IMG/VR virus record: IMGVR_UViG_3300013121_000037
Location: 48,345-112,344 of that record
Reading direction: 5' to 3' (one strand)
Length of the DNA: 64,000 nt
From: a virus
Lineage: Duplodnaviria; Caudoviricetes
Below are positions 20,293 through 30,037 of the stretch, piece after piece. The position numbers and the translations under genes were made by a program. The notes below the pieces were generated by a model. It saw nothing but the letters and a program-made list of their open reading frames with translations, had not been told where the DNA came from and did not search any database. Numbering within the stretch: position 1 is the stretch's first letter; each line of letters opens with the position of its first letter.

Positions 20293-21124
20293 TCAGTAGT
20301 TGCACCACACGGATTCCGTCATCACTCGCTTGTCCTTGCCACCCGCAGCATGGTTGGGGATCTCGAAATCATGCCGCGTCCACCCGGAAAGCAGGTCGTC
20401 ATACAGGTCGTTGCGATACCCCGATAATGCGACCTTGCCCACGCACTGCTTGAGCAGGTGCAGCAACTCCACATGCTGCGCCACGGTCATCTCATGCCGG
20501 TACACCTGCGGTGCCGTGCGGGTCGCTGGCAGATACGGCGGATCGCAGTAAAAGCACGTCTGCTTTCCGTCCTGACCACGAATCACCTCGAGCGCGTCCC
20601 GGTTGAGAATCAGTACTCTCTTCAGTCGCTCATGTACCGCGGGCAACCACTCAATGGCAGTCAACCAGGCCGACACCTCGTTATTCATCTGGCGCCGGGT
20701 TCTGGTCTTCGTTATCCCCGTAAATGACTTGCACCTCCCGGCCAGCGACTGACGGCAGAGGATGAAGAATTGCACCGCAGACACAACTGCTTCGCTGCGA
20801 CTACCTGGCGCAGGAAAGGCTTGTGCCATGTTGTGGAATTCATGTGCCATACGCCAGTGCTCCTCACTGAATGGCGTGGCCTCGATGATCCTCTGAAACT
20901 CGAAAAACCATTCGGGGCGAGATAGCACTCGCCAGAAGTTTACAAGTTCGCCGTTGATGTCATTGACCACCTCACTGACACCTTCCGGATCCTTCTGCAA
21001 CAGCACTGCCAGGCCACCAGCAAACGGTTCAACGTAGTGGATATGGGGCGGCAGCAGTTCGATAATCCGTTTGGCCAGGTAGTTCTTGCCACCGTGGAAA
21101 CTTCAGCGGTTGAGAAATGCTCAA
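20293..21124 (-). pseudogene. Dam-like (D12 class) DNA adenine methyltransferase with an apparent +1 frameshift near 21098
   Basis: AGGAGGT RBS and TTG start; SQPLK is out of frame with FHGGKNYLA...YVEPFAGG...NDIN...YCDPPY. Confidence 0.7.
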
Positions 21125-21396
21125 ACCGCACCTCCTTTCTGCAAGAATTGCTGGAGCAACCGTAGACGCTGCATTCTCCGTTGCCGCCGCAACTGGCCCC
21201 GCTGCAGGGCTTCCAGTCCCAGACGCGACCACCATCGCCGCTGCAACTCCTCCTTGCTCGGCGCTGGGTGTTTCTCCGGTTTGGGTTCTGCCGGTGCCAT
21301 GGTGCAGACACAGATATCCACAAAACCCCACCACCCGCTCGAAAACCGCTGCGTCATAATCACTCCTTTTCCTGTCACTGCGCAAAATGCGACTGT

Positions 21397-21912
21397 TTAC
21401 TTTTGCGCGGTGGACACCTTATACAGTTTCGGTGCCAGTTTCACCAGCAACCCGCGTGCCACCAGGCCGCGCTGACCACACAGCGATGGGAAAACCTTGT
21501 GGGTGTCTGGATGTTCGGGAAACCCGTCCAGGCCAAACTTTTTCGGATTGCTCTGCCAGCAGGCCAGCACCAGTTGCGCCATGGTGAATGGTTGCGGCAA
21601 TACCTTTGCCACCCGGTAGATGTCCCGGGCAATGGTACTGGGGGCCGCAGTCGTTGCTGGTAGAGGAGTGGGAGTGTTTGTAGGAAAAACTTGCTGGTAG
21701 CAGTGCTGAAACTCAAGTTCGCTGCAGGATGCACCATCCTCCTGCAGATGGCGATTGATCTGGTTGTGGGTGGCACCCTGGCCCAGATGCTCCAGCAGAT
21801 GACGCACCTGTGCCTGCACATGCTGCCGCCGCTCCACGTCGCTCTGACTGCGCCGGGCCAACTCCAGCGCCGACTGCCGCACCTTGTTCGCCAAACTATG
21901 ATCGTGCTGCAT
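21397..21912 (-). CDS. hypothetical protein, possible winged helix
   Basis: Stop codon lies inside palindrome 21377 (TAQK*). Confidence 0.5.
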   Translation of the reverse strand: MQHDHSLANKVRQSALELARRSQSDVERRQHVQAQVRHLLEHLGQGATHNQINRHLQEDGASCSELEFQHCYQQVFPTNTPTPLPATTAAPSTIARDIYRVAKVLPQPFTMAQLVLACWQSNPKKFGLDGFPEHPDTHKVFPSLCGQRGLVARGLLVKLAPKLYKVSTAQK

Positions 21913-22726
21913 GGCACAATGCCCCCCATTCATCGGTCGAACGAATCATGGCCACAAAGTCATCGCGGGTTTTTCCGGATTGCAGCCAGTCATCCAGTCC
22001 AAAACCATGCGACTCCCGAACAGATATTCCTGGTAAAGGCACCACGCGCGTTCGCCATACACCATGCCACTGCAAGCACCCCAGCACCGCCTTGGCGTGG
22101 CGAACTCCTGGTTCATCCATGTCCGGTATCACGGTCACTCGTCTACCTAGCAATAACTGACTGTGTGCTGGACGCCACCTGCCCGCACCACCGTGATTGC
22201 AGGTCGCCACCACGGGTAAGCCAAGTGCCTCCACCATATGCACTTTCTTTTCTCCCTCCACCACCACCACAGGCCAGTCGGGATGGCGCAGCAAGCGCGG
22301 TAGTCGGTAGAGTACCCGGCGCACCTCAGCACCTAAACACCAGGTCCAGTGCTTCTCGTTATGCCGGTCGGGGTTTTCCACTTTTGGCACCCGTTGCATG
22401 AAGGAACCGTTGTCATAACGCAGCACCTCGTAGAGCACTTTTTCGCGTTCATCGGTGTACTCGTACCAGGCAATCGGTGTTCTGGCCATTTCCTTTTCCC
22501 CTTCAAGCAGTGGTCCGCACTGCCAGCGTTTCAAGCCAACCGCTGCCAGAATATCCCGAGTAGGGCAGCCAGCGAAACAATGGAAATTGACCCAACCATT
22601 GGGCGACTTCCAGATACTCAACGATGGGATATGGTCATCATGCGCCGGACAGCGAACCATGTGATAAATGCCGCGCGGTTCCAGGCGTCCCTCAAAATAC
22701 GTCAGGATGGTTTCCAGGTCGGCCAC
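21896..22726 (-). CDS. DnaG-type primase (Zn finger + TOPRIM)
   Basis: CPAHDD...FHCFAGC; VVVEGEK; IPDMDEPG. Confidence 0.85.
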   Translation of the reverse strand: MADLETILTYFEGRLEPRGIYHMVRCPAHDDHIPSLSIWKSPNGWVNFHCFAGCPTRDILAAVGLKRWQCGPLLEGEKEMARTPIAWYEYTDEREKVLYEVLRYDNGSFMQRVPKVENPDRHNEKHWTWCLGAEVRRVLYRLPRLLRHPDWPVVVVEGEKKVHMVEALGLPVVATCNHGGAGRWRPAHSQLLLGRRVTVIPDMDEPGVRHAKAVLGCLQWHGVWRTRVVPLPGISVRESHGFGLDDWLQSGKTRDDFVAMIRSTDEWGALCHAARS

Positions 22727-22783
22727 CAGCGCACCCTCCACGCAGTGGGCAAAATGTAACTGTCTACTTTTGCGCAATTGCGG

Positions 22784-24490
22784 TCAGGAAAACTCTTCCC
22801 ACAAAAACTCTTTGGCGGAGTCGTAATTGAACTTTTTGGGGTCCTGCCCCCGGGCGAGCAAACGGCGGGCCTGGTCCAGTGTGCAGCGCTCCGACTTGTA
22901 CTGGTTGAGCACCGCACCGGCCTGGCGTTTGGTATAGTTCATGGCCGTCGCTTCCTGCACCCCGAATGCCTGCAAAAAGCGTATCTGTTTGGCAGAGGCA
23001 GGTGTGCGACCTTTGGGCCGGGGCGGTTGGTAACCGTCATCGAAAGCATAACCACCGAGAGCATCCTGAAGGTAGGAAGTGACCTCGATTTGCTCCAGCA
23101 CTGCCCGCCGTTTGCCCAGCAGGATGTCCGTTTGCTGCCGCCATAAATCTTCCCGGGCATGTTCCAGCACCTCTTCCAGGTCCAGTTCCGGATGCTGGTT
23201 CTGCCATTCGCGCGCCAGTGGCAGGATGGGGTCGTCCGGTTCGCGGTCCAGCAAAATATCAGTCAGGTCGCAGGTCAGGGTGGTGTCCTGCACCCCGCCA
23301 AAATTCAGTACCAGACAATCCGGTTTCGCACTTTGGGCAATCAACCTTTTCCGCTCCGCCGCCGACTGCGCCGCATGCAGTGCTGGCACCAGAGAACCAA
23401 GCGGACGCAGGCCCCGTCCAACCATTTGAATTGCGCGGCCCTTGAACCTGGTTGGGCGGCAAATGGCGACACAGGCCACGGTGGTTTCGTCAAAGCCTTC
23501 AATCAAGAGGTCGCAGGAGCAAAGGAATTGCACGTCGCCCCGGGCAAAGCGCGAAAACTCGTACTCAATCTCCAGGTCGCTCAGCGTTTTTCCGGTGGAG
23601 TCCTTGCGGTACACCGCCGTGGCACAGCGGGGTTTCAAATCGTGCAACAACTGCACCAACCCAGCCTGCCATGTGCCCGTCTGCTCATCCTGATAACCAG
23701 TGCAGGAGTTCACCGTGGGCAGAAAGACAATGGTTGGCCTGTTGCCCGCCCGCTCCACCAGTCCCTTGGCGATTTCATAAAGAACCTCGTGGCGGTTGTA
23801 TTCGGCAGCCAGTTGCTCATTGGACCAGTCACCATCGCGATTGACCCGCAACCGGCTCAAATCGACCTTGCTGCACACCACCCGCTCCTGCACCGGCGGC
23901 ACCAGCCAGCCATCCGTCAGCGCCGATGGTTCGGTGGCCGACCAGAGCGGATACTGGTAGGCGATGCTCTGAAAAACGTAGTCGTCGCCAACCAGACCCA
24001 CTCTGTCTCCGCGGAATGGTGTGGCGGTGAGTCCCAGTATCTTGCAATTGGGATTCTGGCCAAAGTGTTCAAAGACCCTGTTCCAGGTCTTGTTGCTGCG
24101 CACGGCCCGATGACACTCATCCGTGATAATCAGACCAAACTCTTCCGGTTTGAACTTCCACAATCGCTCTTCATGCAAGGAGTCTTTGGAACAGCAAAAT
24201 ACCTTGCGGCCATACATATCACCCACCGAAGCCCGCAAGGAACCAATCTCGAACACGGGCGATTCCCCCGTGACACTGGTCAGTTTTGCACCCGCCTGAT
24301 CCAGCAATTTCTTGCGGTGAGCAATGAACGCCACCTTGCCATAAGGCCAGTCATGGGCAATCTCCGACGCGATGACAGTTTTGCCACCTCCGGTGGGCAC
24401 AATTAGTACGGTGCTGCGCCGGTCCCGCTCGATGAGTTCGCGGAATACGCTGGCATAGGAATCACGCTGGTAACCGTCGCGCAGGGCCAT
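22784..24490 (-). CDS. superfamily II (ResIII/DEAD-like) helicase
   Basis: PTGGGKT, ITDECHR, GLTATP, EGFD, QMVGRGLR. Confidence 0.9.
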   Translation of the reverse strand: MALRDGYQRDSYASVFRELIERDRRSTVLIVPTGGGKTVIASEIAHDWPYGKVAFIAHRKKLLDQAGAKLTSVTGESPVFEIGSLRASVGDMYGRKVFCCSKDSLHEERLWKFKPEEFGLIITDECHRAVRSNKTWNRVFEHFGQNPNCKILGLTATPFRGDRVGLVGDDYVFQSIAYQYPLWSATEPSALTDGWLVPPVQERVVCSKVDLSRLRVNRDGDWSNEQLAAEYNRHEVLYEIAKGLVERAGNRPTIVFLPTVNSCTGYQDEQTGTWQAGLVQLLHDLKPRCATAVYRKDSTGKTLSDLEIEYEFSRFARGDVQFLCSCDLLIEGFDETTVACVAICRPTRFKGRAIQMVGRGLRPLGSLVPALHAAQSAAERKRLIAQSAKPDCLVLNFGGVQDTTLTCDLTDILLDREPDDPILPLAREWQNQHPELDLEEVLEHAREDLWRQQTDILLGKRRAVLEQIEVTSYLQDALGGYAFDDGYQPPRPKGRTPASAKQIRFLQAFGVQEATAMNYTKRQAGAVLNQYKSERCTLDQARRLLARGQDPKKFNYDSAKEFLWEEFS

Positions 24491-24560
24491 GTTGCCACCA
24501 CCATCAAAACCTGGGTTTGCCGAGTTCCACCAGACGATCCAGGTAGAATTTCGCCTTTTC

Positions 24561-25892
24561 TTGACACTCCACATGCCTAAAGGCAGGGGATTCTCGGTTC
24601 GACACCCGTTGCCAGCGCGTACGCTGGTCTGACACAGGCTCCCCGAGCATTTGCTTTGTCCGCGTGTCCCGCGGCCAACAGACGTAGACCTTCGTCCCGG
24701 ATATTCCGGGCGGCATTGAGATCGCGGTCATGAACGACGCCACAACAGCATATCCATTCCCGATCCGCCAATGTCAGCGCGTCGTTTTTCACGCCGCACA
24801 CATGGCACAGCCTGGTCGAAGGGAAGAAGCGGTCGATGGTGACGTGATGCTTGCGCTGCCAGACGGTTTTATAGGCCAGTTGGCGCACAAACTCGCCACA
24901 CGCCGCGTCCAGAAAACTCTTAGCCAGCTTGGTTCTCGCAAGGCCGCGAAGATTCAGGGACTCGACACACACGCCATCAAACCGCTTCACGATTGTCGCA
25001 CTGAGTTTATGAAGAAAATCCTGCCGCTGGTCGGCAGTCTGTTGATGGATACGGGCCACGCGCTGGCTGGCCTTGCGCTGGCGGTTGCTGCCTTTTTTGC
25101 AACGGGAGAAACGACGCTGGGCGCGGGCGAGTTTCCGTTCTTGCTTGCGGAAGAACTGCGGGGCAACTTTGCTCTCGCCAGTGGAGAGCATGACGAAGTT
25201 GTGCAAACCCAGGTCGATGCCTACGACGCTGGCAGGATCAGGCATGAGCAGAGGTGTGTCGGGCATCGTGAATACGACAACCAGCGTGACAAACCACTGA
25301 CCGCTCGCGTTCCGCTTAAATGTCGCGCTCTTGGTTTCGCCTTCGATGAGTTGGGACTGACGGATGCGCACCCAGCCAACTTTGGGAACGTAGACCTTGC
25401 CATCGGCCACCTTGACCCGTTGGGGAATGCGGAAACGTGGCGAGTCTTTTTTCTTGGCCTTGAAGCGGGGAAACTTGCCGCGTTTCTCGAAGAAATTGAC
25501 GAAGGCACGGTCCAGATCCTTGAGGGTTTGCTGCAAGGCTTGCGAATCAGTTTCGCGCAGCCATTCCATTCCTGGTTTGTGCTTCAGTTCAGTCAACTCG
25601 GCGGAAAGCAGCGCAGCAGGCATCGACTTGCCAGTCTCAGCGTAGTATGCCTTGCGGCGAGCGAGTGCCCAGTTCCAAACGAACCGACGGTCCGAAGCCA
25701 TTCGCATCAACGCTTGACCTTGCAGGAATGTCGGACGCATTCGGAATCGATAGCTTCTCTGGAGAACAGTCATGGGTCAAACGCTCTTTTGGTTTTCGAT
25801 GGCCGATTAGTTCGAGTTTTTGAGCAGTTTCATAAGCGTACGACCCTTCATCCCCATGAATAAATTCAGGGACTTTCTGGCCATACTGCACG
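24561..25892 (-). mobile_element. IS200/IS605-family, TnpB-only (IS1341-like) element
   Basis: Inserted 3' of TTAC; left end has AAAG then hairpin; right end has GAAT, hairpin, then TCAA; no target duplication; no tnpA. Confidence 0.9.
24577..25773 (-). CDS. tnpB: RNA-guided endonuclease TnpB
   Basis: YRFRMRP/RFVWN N-terminus; RuvC residues in GIDLG, VESL and DRDLNAARNI; CxxC zinc ribbon. Confidence 0.95.
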   Translation of the reverse strand: MTVLQRSYRFRMRPTFLQGQALMRMASDRRFVWNWALARRKAYYAETGKSMPAALLSAELTELKHKPGMEWLRETDSQALQQTLKDLDRAFVNFFEKRGKFPRFKAKKKDSPRFRIPQRVKVADGKVYVPKVGWVRIRQSQLIEGETKSATFKRNASGQWFVTLVVVFTMPDTPLLMPDPASVVGIDLGLHNFVMLSTGESKVAPQFFRKQERKLARAQRRFSRCKKGSNRQRKASQRVARIHQQTADQRQDFLHKLSATIVKRFDGVCVESLNLRGLARTKLAKSFLDAACGEFVRQLAYKTVWQRKHHVTIDRFFPSTRLCHVCGVKNDALTLADREWICCCGVVHDRDLNAARNIRDEGLRLLAAGHADKANARGACVRPAYALATGVEPRIPCL

Positions 25893-26065
25893 GTAATCCT
25901 GCTGTTCAGAACCCTTGTGCCGTGCCCGCCACAGATACTTCAGCACCTGCCAGCGCAGGAAGTCTGCGTACCCCACGGGTCCCAGTGCCGCCGCAATGGC
26001 GTCAATGCACTCCACACCACCCTGGCAGTAATGCGGTGGATGGTTCACCAGATCCGGTTGCTGAC

Positions 26066-26632
26066 TCATTGTTTCAGTTCCTCGTACTGACGCAAAAATT
26101 CCCGTTTCGCCCGTGCGGCTGGCCACGGTTCCAGTGGTTCCGGCAAGGGGGTGACACCGTCGATCCATTTATGCCACTCCTGTTGCAGCGGAGCCAGGAA
26201 CTGCCGCGCCTCGCTGGCCAGCAGAATGTTGTCCGCCAACTCGATCTGCCGCCACCCCTCTGCATCAGGACGGGGCACACCCAGAGCGGTGAAGATGACC
26301 CGCAACAAACGGTATTCCACCACGCTGAAATGGATGTAGTTGCCCCCCACCTGGAAATAGGTGTCGCGTTTGACTGGCCGCGATACATCCCCCAACCCGT
26401 ACTCGGCGGCATCGTGCAGCAGGGCCGCCAATCGCCAGCGGTCGGGCACCAGTTGCGCCACCAGCACCGAATGCTGCGCCACCGAGAAACCCACCTGGGC
26501 ATGCCCGGTGTAGCGGTTGATATGTGCCAGGGCATGGGCAATATCCTCCAGACGAATCTCCTCGGGCACCGGGTCCAGCGGATACAACTTGCCCCCGCTC
26601 GCGGTTTGAATCCAGTCACCATGCCGTTGCAT
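26066..26632 (-). CDS. HD-domain 5'-deoxynucleotidase (YfbR-like)
   Basis: EDIAHALA, RYTGH, SVAQHS, LLHDAAE. Confidence 0.85.
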   Translation of the reverse strand: MQRHGDWIQTASGGKLYPLDPVPEEIRLEDIAHALAHINRYTGHAQVGFSVAQHSVLVAQLVPDRWRLAALLHDAAEYGLGDVSRPVKRDTYFQVGGNYIHFSVVEYRLLRVIFTALGVPRPDAEGWRQIELADNILLASEARQFLAPLQQEWHKWIDGVTPLPEPLEPWPAARAKREFLRQYEELKQ

Positions 26633-26678
26633 GCTTTCCTCCTCACTGCGCAAAATGTAACTGTCTAGTTTTGCCCAC

Positions 26679-27560
26679 CTACTCGGCCATGAAGTCGAGC
26701 AGACTGGCTTCGCGGGTGGAGAATTGTTCCTGGGCCTGGGTCAGGTTTTTCCTGGCCGCGACCACATACTCATCCTTGAGTTCAATGCCCAGAAAGCGCC
26801 GACCGCATTCCAGTGCCACCCACCCCTCACTGCCAATGCCCGCGAATGGCGAGAACACCACCTCACCCGGATTCGTGTACAGCAGGACCAGTCGGCGGAT
26901 AGTTCCGAGTTGAAGCGGGCAGATATGTTTGGTGTCGTTCTCGCCCTTGGTGCCGCGGACGTTGAGGGTGTCTGTCTCGCGGATGTTGAACCAGGCCCCT
27001 TCTGCCCACTCAATCCAGTCGTTGCGCGACACCTCATCCGTGGAGTCCACTGGCACCGCATTGTCACCATCCGCCCGGAACTTGATGAGGTAGTCGCAGA
27101 GCGTACCCCGCGATTTCGCCCGATCCGCTTCCAGTCCCGCAAATTGCAGTTCCCGACTCTTGGTCCGCAGCGCCTGGCTCTGTGGATTGCGGCGCACCAG
27201 CCAGTCGTATTCGTAGATAAGTCCTGCCCGTTCTCCCAGGCGGATGTTCAGACCGCGAAAGTCGTGCAAACCCCGCTCACCACAGCGTTTCATCCGCGGT
27301 ATTTGCACCACATGCACCATCGCCACTCGCCCCGGTTTCAGCACTCGCGCCAGGGCGGCATAGAAGTAACTCAGGTGCAAGCGCCCCTCATGCGCCAGGT
27401 CTTCACTGTTACCAAGATCCATTTGCGATGAAGAATAGGCGTAAACCGATGGAAAAGGTGGACTGAAGATGGCGCAATCGAAGCTGGCGGGTGCCAGGTC
27501 CGCCATGACTTCAATGCAGTCGCCCTGAATCAGGCGCCACGGCTTACCATTGTCCAGCAT
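26679..27560 (-). CDS. N4-C/N6-A DNA methyltransferase (beta class)
   Basis: GDC, FSPPF, HICPLQL, SPFAGIGSEG, GIELK. Confidence 0.88.
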   Translation of the reverse strand: MLDNGKPWRLIQGDCIEVMADLAPASFDCAIFSPPFPSVYAYSSSQMDLGNSEDLAHEGRLHLSYFYAALARVLKPGRVAMVHVVQIPRMKRCGERGLHDFRGLNIRLGERAGLIYEYDWLVRRNPQSQALRTKSRELQFAGLEADRAKSRGTLCDYLIKFRADGDNAVPVDSTDEVSRNDWIEWAEGAWFNIRETDTLNVRGTKGENDTKHICPLQLGTIRRLVLLYTNPGEVVFSPFAGIGSEGWVALECGRRFLGIELKDEYVVAARKNLTQAQEQFSTREASLLDFMAE

Positions 27561-29043
27561 GTTGAAATCCCTTGAATAAGCGTTCCTGTTCCTCGGTGTC
27601 CTGCTGCACCCGGTTGGCCTTGCGCAGCACGTTTTCCATCTGCGGTCGTTCCAGTTCGGTCACTGGCAAATGGACGTTCAGCGGCAGGGTGGAACCAATC
27701 CGGTTGCTGCGCTTCACGCACTGGTGAAACTGCTCGTAAGAATCTTCGCAAGAGGAGAAAACCTGCCGGGTAGCAATCTGCAAGTTCAGTCCAAACCCCA
27801 GCACTTTGGGCTTGCTAATCAGCACTTTACGCTGTCCTGACTGAAACTCTGCCAGCAACTCTTCACGCTGTTCATAGGGTGTGTCCCCGGCAATGCTGGC
27901 AGCACCGGGAAACCAGCGTTCCAGTTCATCCTGCTCGGCATTGAACCGGCACCAGATGATGGTCGATTCGCTGGGCCAGGAATCCACAAGATCGCGAATG
28001 AATTGCGGTTTGTTGGTCGCAATCTTTGTGCCGTTGTGATTGCCCTTCGCTATCTGGGATAACTTACCTCTGCTGGTGATGCCGCCCAGCGCTCCGACAA
28101 ACAGTTCACCCGTCTGCTGGTAGGTGGCGGCCTCCTGCGCACTGGTCAGGGGCACGTCATGTATATGAACATGGATGGGTGGAATGCTGCTGGTGTTATC
28201 TTGCCAGCCATAGGTTGCTGGATTGGTCAGGAAGATGCACCAGTGGGACAGGTCGCGATAGAACGAACCCAGCGCGTGTGGTTTGAGTTCCCAGCGGTTA
28301 TCGGTCTGGCCCCGGTTGACAAAATACTTCGCCAGGAAGGCGTTCACCGTGGGAAAGGCGTCTAGAAAGACTGCATGATTGGCGTACTCAATCCGGTCAT
28401 TGGGTGCCGGTGTGCCCGTGCCAGTCAGTTTCCACTCCAGACCACGCCCCAACCGAATCAATTCCGTGCCCCATTTGCCGTAGTGACTCTTGAGATAACT
28501 CGACTCATCAAGCACCAGACAACCCAGTAAACCCGGTTCCAGTTCTTCCGTGATGGCTTCGTAGTTGGTGATGCCGACCACAGCAGGATCACCGTGTTGG
28601 CCCAGAAGCCAGTTCCGCAGATTCCTGGCCTTCACCTGCGCGATGGGCAGAGTGTCACCATAGAACCGCTGGCACTCCTGTATGGTCTGCCGAACCACCA
28701 TCAAGGGCGATACTAGCAAAATCCGCTTCTGTGCGGGTAATATCTGCCGAACGTGTTTGATATATTCGAAGTAGCAAATTGTTTTTCCGTACCCGCACTC
28801 CATGAACAGGTCAAACTTCCGCTTGCGAATGGCCAGTGCAGTGATGTCCCGCTGGTAGTCGAACAGGAACGGCGACGGTTGGTAGGTGACCTGTGCTGGC
28901 GTGGGCAGTTGCAGTCCGAGATGGGCAGCGTACTCGTCGGGAAAGATGGCCTCATCGCCCACGAACTGCACCGCAGGCAACGCCTTGACCTTGAGGAACA
29001 ACCGATAACTGTCCAGACTGTGACCATCAAACCATACCCGCAT
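27544..29043 (-). CDS. SNF2-like helicase
   Basis: ECGYGKT, LDESS, TGTPAPND, GFGLNLQ. Confidence 0.85.
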   Translation of the reverse strand: MRVWFDGHSLDSYRLFLKVKALPAVQFVGDEAIFPDEYAAHLGLQLPTPAQVTYQPSPFLFDYQRDITALAIRKRKFDLFMECGYGKTICYFEYIKHVRQILPAQKRILLVSPLMVVRQTIQECQRFYGDTLPIAQVKARNLRNWLLGQHGDPAVVGITNYEAITEELEPGLLGCLVLDESSYLKSHYGKWGTELIRLGRGLEWKLTGTGTPAPNDRIEYANHAVFLDAFPTVNAFLAKYFVNRGQTDNRWELKPHALGSFYRDLSHWCIFLTNPATYGWQDNTSSIPPIHVHIHDVPLTSAQEAATYQQTGELFVGALGGITSRGKLSQIAKGNHNGTKIATNKPQFIRDLVDSWPSESTIIWCRFNAEQDELERWFPGAASIAGDTPYEQREELLAEFQSGQRKVLISKPKVLGFGLNLQIATRQVFSSCEDSYEQFHQCVKRSNRIGSTLPLNVHLPVTELERPQMENVLRKANRVQQDTEEQERLFKGFQHAGQW

Positions 29044-29119
29044 GGACGCACCATCTCCGCTGCTGCGCAAAATGTAACTGTCTACTTTTGCCCAGTTGGT
29101 ATCTGCTGAAAAACGCTGG

Positions 29120-30037
29120 TCAGGCAAACAAACTGAGTTCTGGTTGGTTCAGACAGTGCGGACTGAACCAGATGCGTTCGCGCTTGCTGTTCTCTCTGCC
29201 GTCAGTACCGTTGCCCTGCACTCCATAACCGCCTCTGGCCTTCCACGCGACCACCTCCCAACCGTGATGCTCCAGTTCTTCATGGCATTCCCCCGCATAA
29301 CCGCACAGGGCAATCCGTAGACGCCTGTCGCTGCCATGTTCCAGGCACCACTGCCGCACGTCAGCGGCGACGTTAATTTCGACGGCGTACAGGTTGGCGT
29401 CACGCTCTGTCTGCGTGTAGGGCGGATCGAGGAACACGCCCGTCAACCCCTGCTTGACCGTGGGCGTGGGGCCGCAAACCCTGGACCAATCGCCACAGCA
29501 GACCCGCACCTGCCGCAAGCGTTCGGCCAGCAGGCGAAAGTAGCCGTGCAGATCGGTTTCGCTGCCACGATGCACACCCATGCCCGCGTCCCCCAGATGG
29601 GGGAGTTTCTTGCGCTCGGGATGCTTACACCAACCAGAACCAATCCACTGGCCGATACCCCACACCCACCAGCCCGCGATCTTGGCGTCGTACCAGTCGG
29701 GGTCTTCACGCAACCGCTCCACCTGCTGGCGTCCGGTATTGGTCAGCCACAGGTGTCGGGCATGCAGATCGAGTTCCGAAACCGGCCAGTCGGCATGTTG
29801 CGCCACCTCGTTCGGGTCAGCATGTAACGCACGCCAGAAATTGCAGACCAGTCCGTCAGCGTCGTTAATCGTTTCGATGCGCGTTTCTCGAAACGGGTAG
29901 TGCGGGCGATTGAGCAGCACCGCACCCGAACCGAAGAACGGTTCAACGTAGTTGGCGACATCGCCCAACCTCTCCCAGATCAGGTCTGCCACGGTCGCTT
30001 TTCCACCAAAATAGGGGTAGGGTGCTCGAAGTTTCAT
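29120..30037 (-). CDS. Dam-like (D12 class) DNA adenine methyltransferase
   Basis: PYFGGK, YVEPFFGSGAV, ETIND, FLDPPY. Confidence 0.88.
   Translation of the reverse strand: MKLRAPYPYFGGKATVADLIWERLGDVANYVEPFFGSGAVLLNRPHYPFRETRIETINDADGLVCNFWRALHADPNEVAQHADWPVSELDLHARHLWLTNTGRQQVERLREDPDWYDAKIAGWWVWGIGQWIGSGWCKHPERKKLPHLGDAGMGVHRGSETDLHGYFRLLAERLRQVRVCCGDWSRVCGPTPTVKQGLTGVFLDPPYTQTERDANLYAVEINVAADVRQWCLEHGSDRRLRIALCGYAGECHEELEHHGWEVVAWKARGGYGVQGNGTDGRENSKRERIWFSPHCLNQPELSLFA

Larger units (their letters stand above)
24504..26069 (-). pseudogene. DUF3310 family gene interrupted by an IS element
   Basis: VNHPPHY...ECIDAI...KYLWRARHKG...DY (to 25893) continues in frame as EKAKFYLDRL...* from 24560. 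Confidence 0.85.

Noticed and set aside
24561-25892. IStron (group I intron-IS hybrid) explaining tolerance of the insertion
   Set aside because: Only about 120 nt lie between the left end and the tnpB start, too short for a group I ribozyme.
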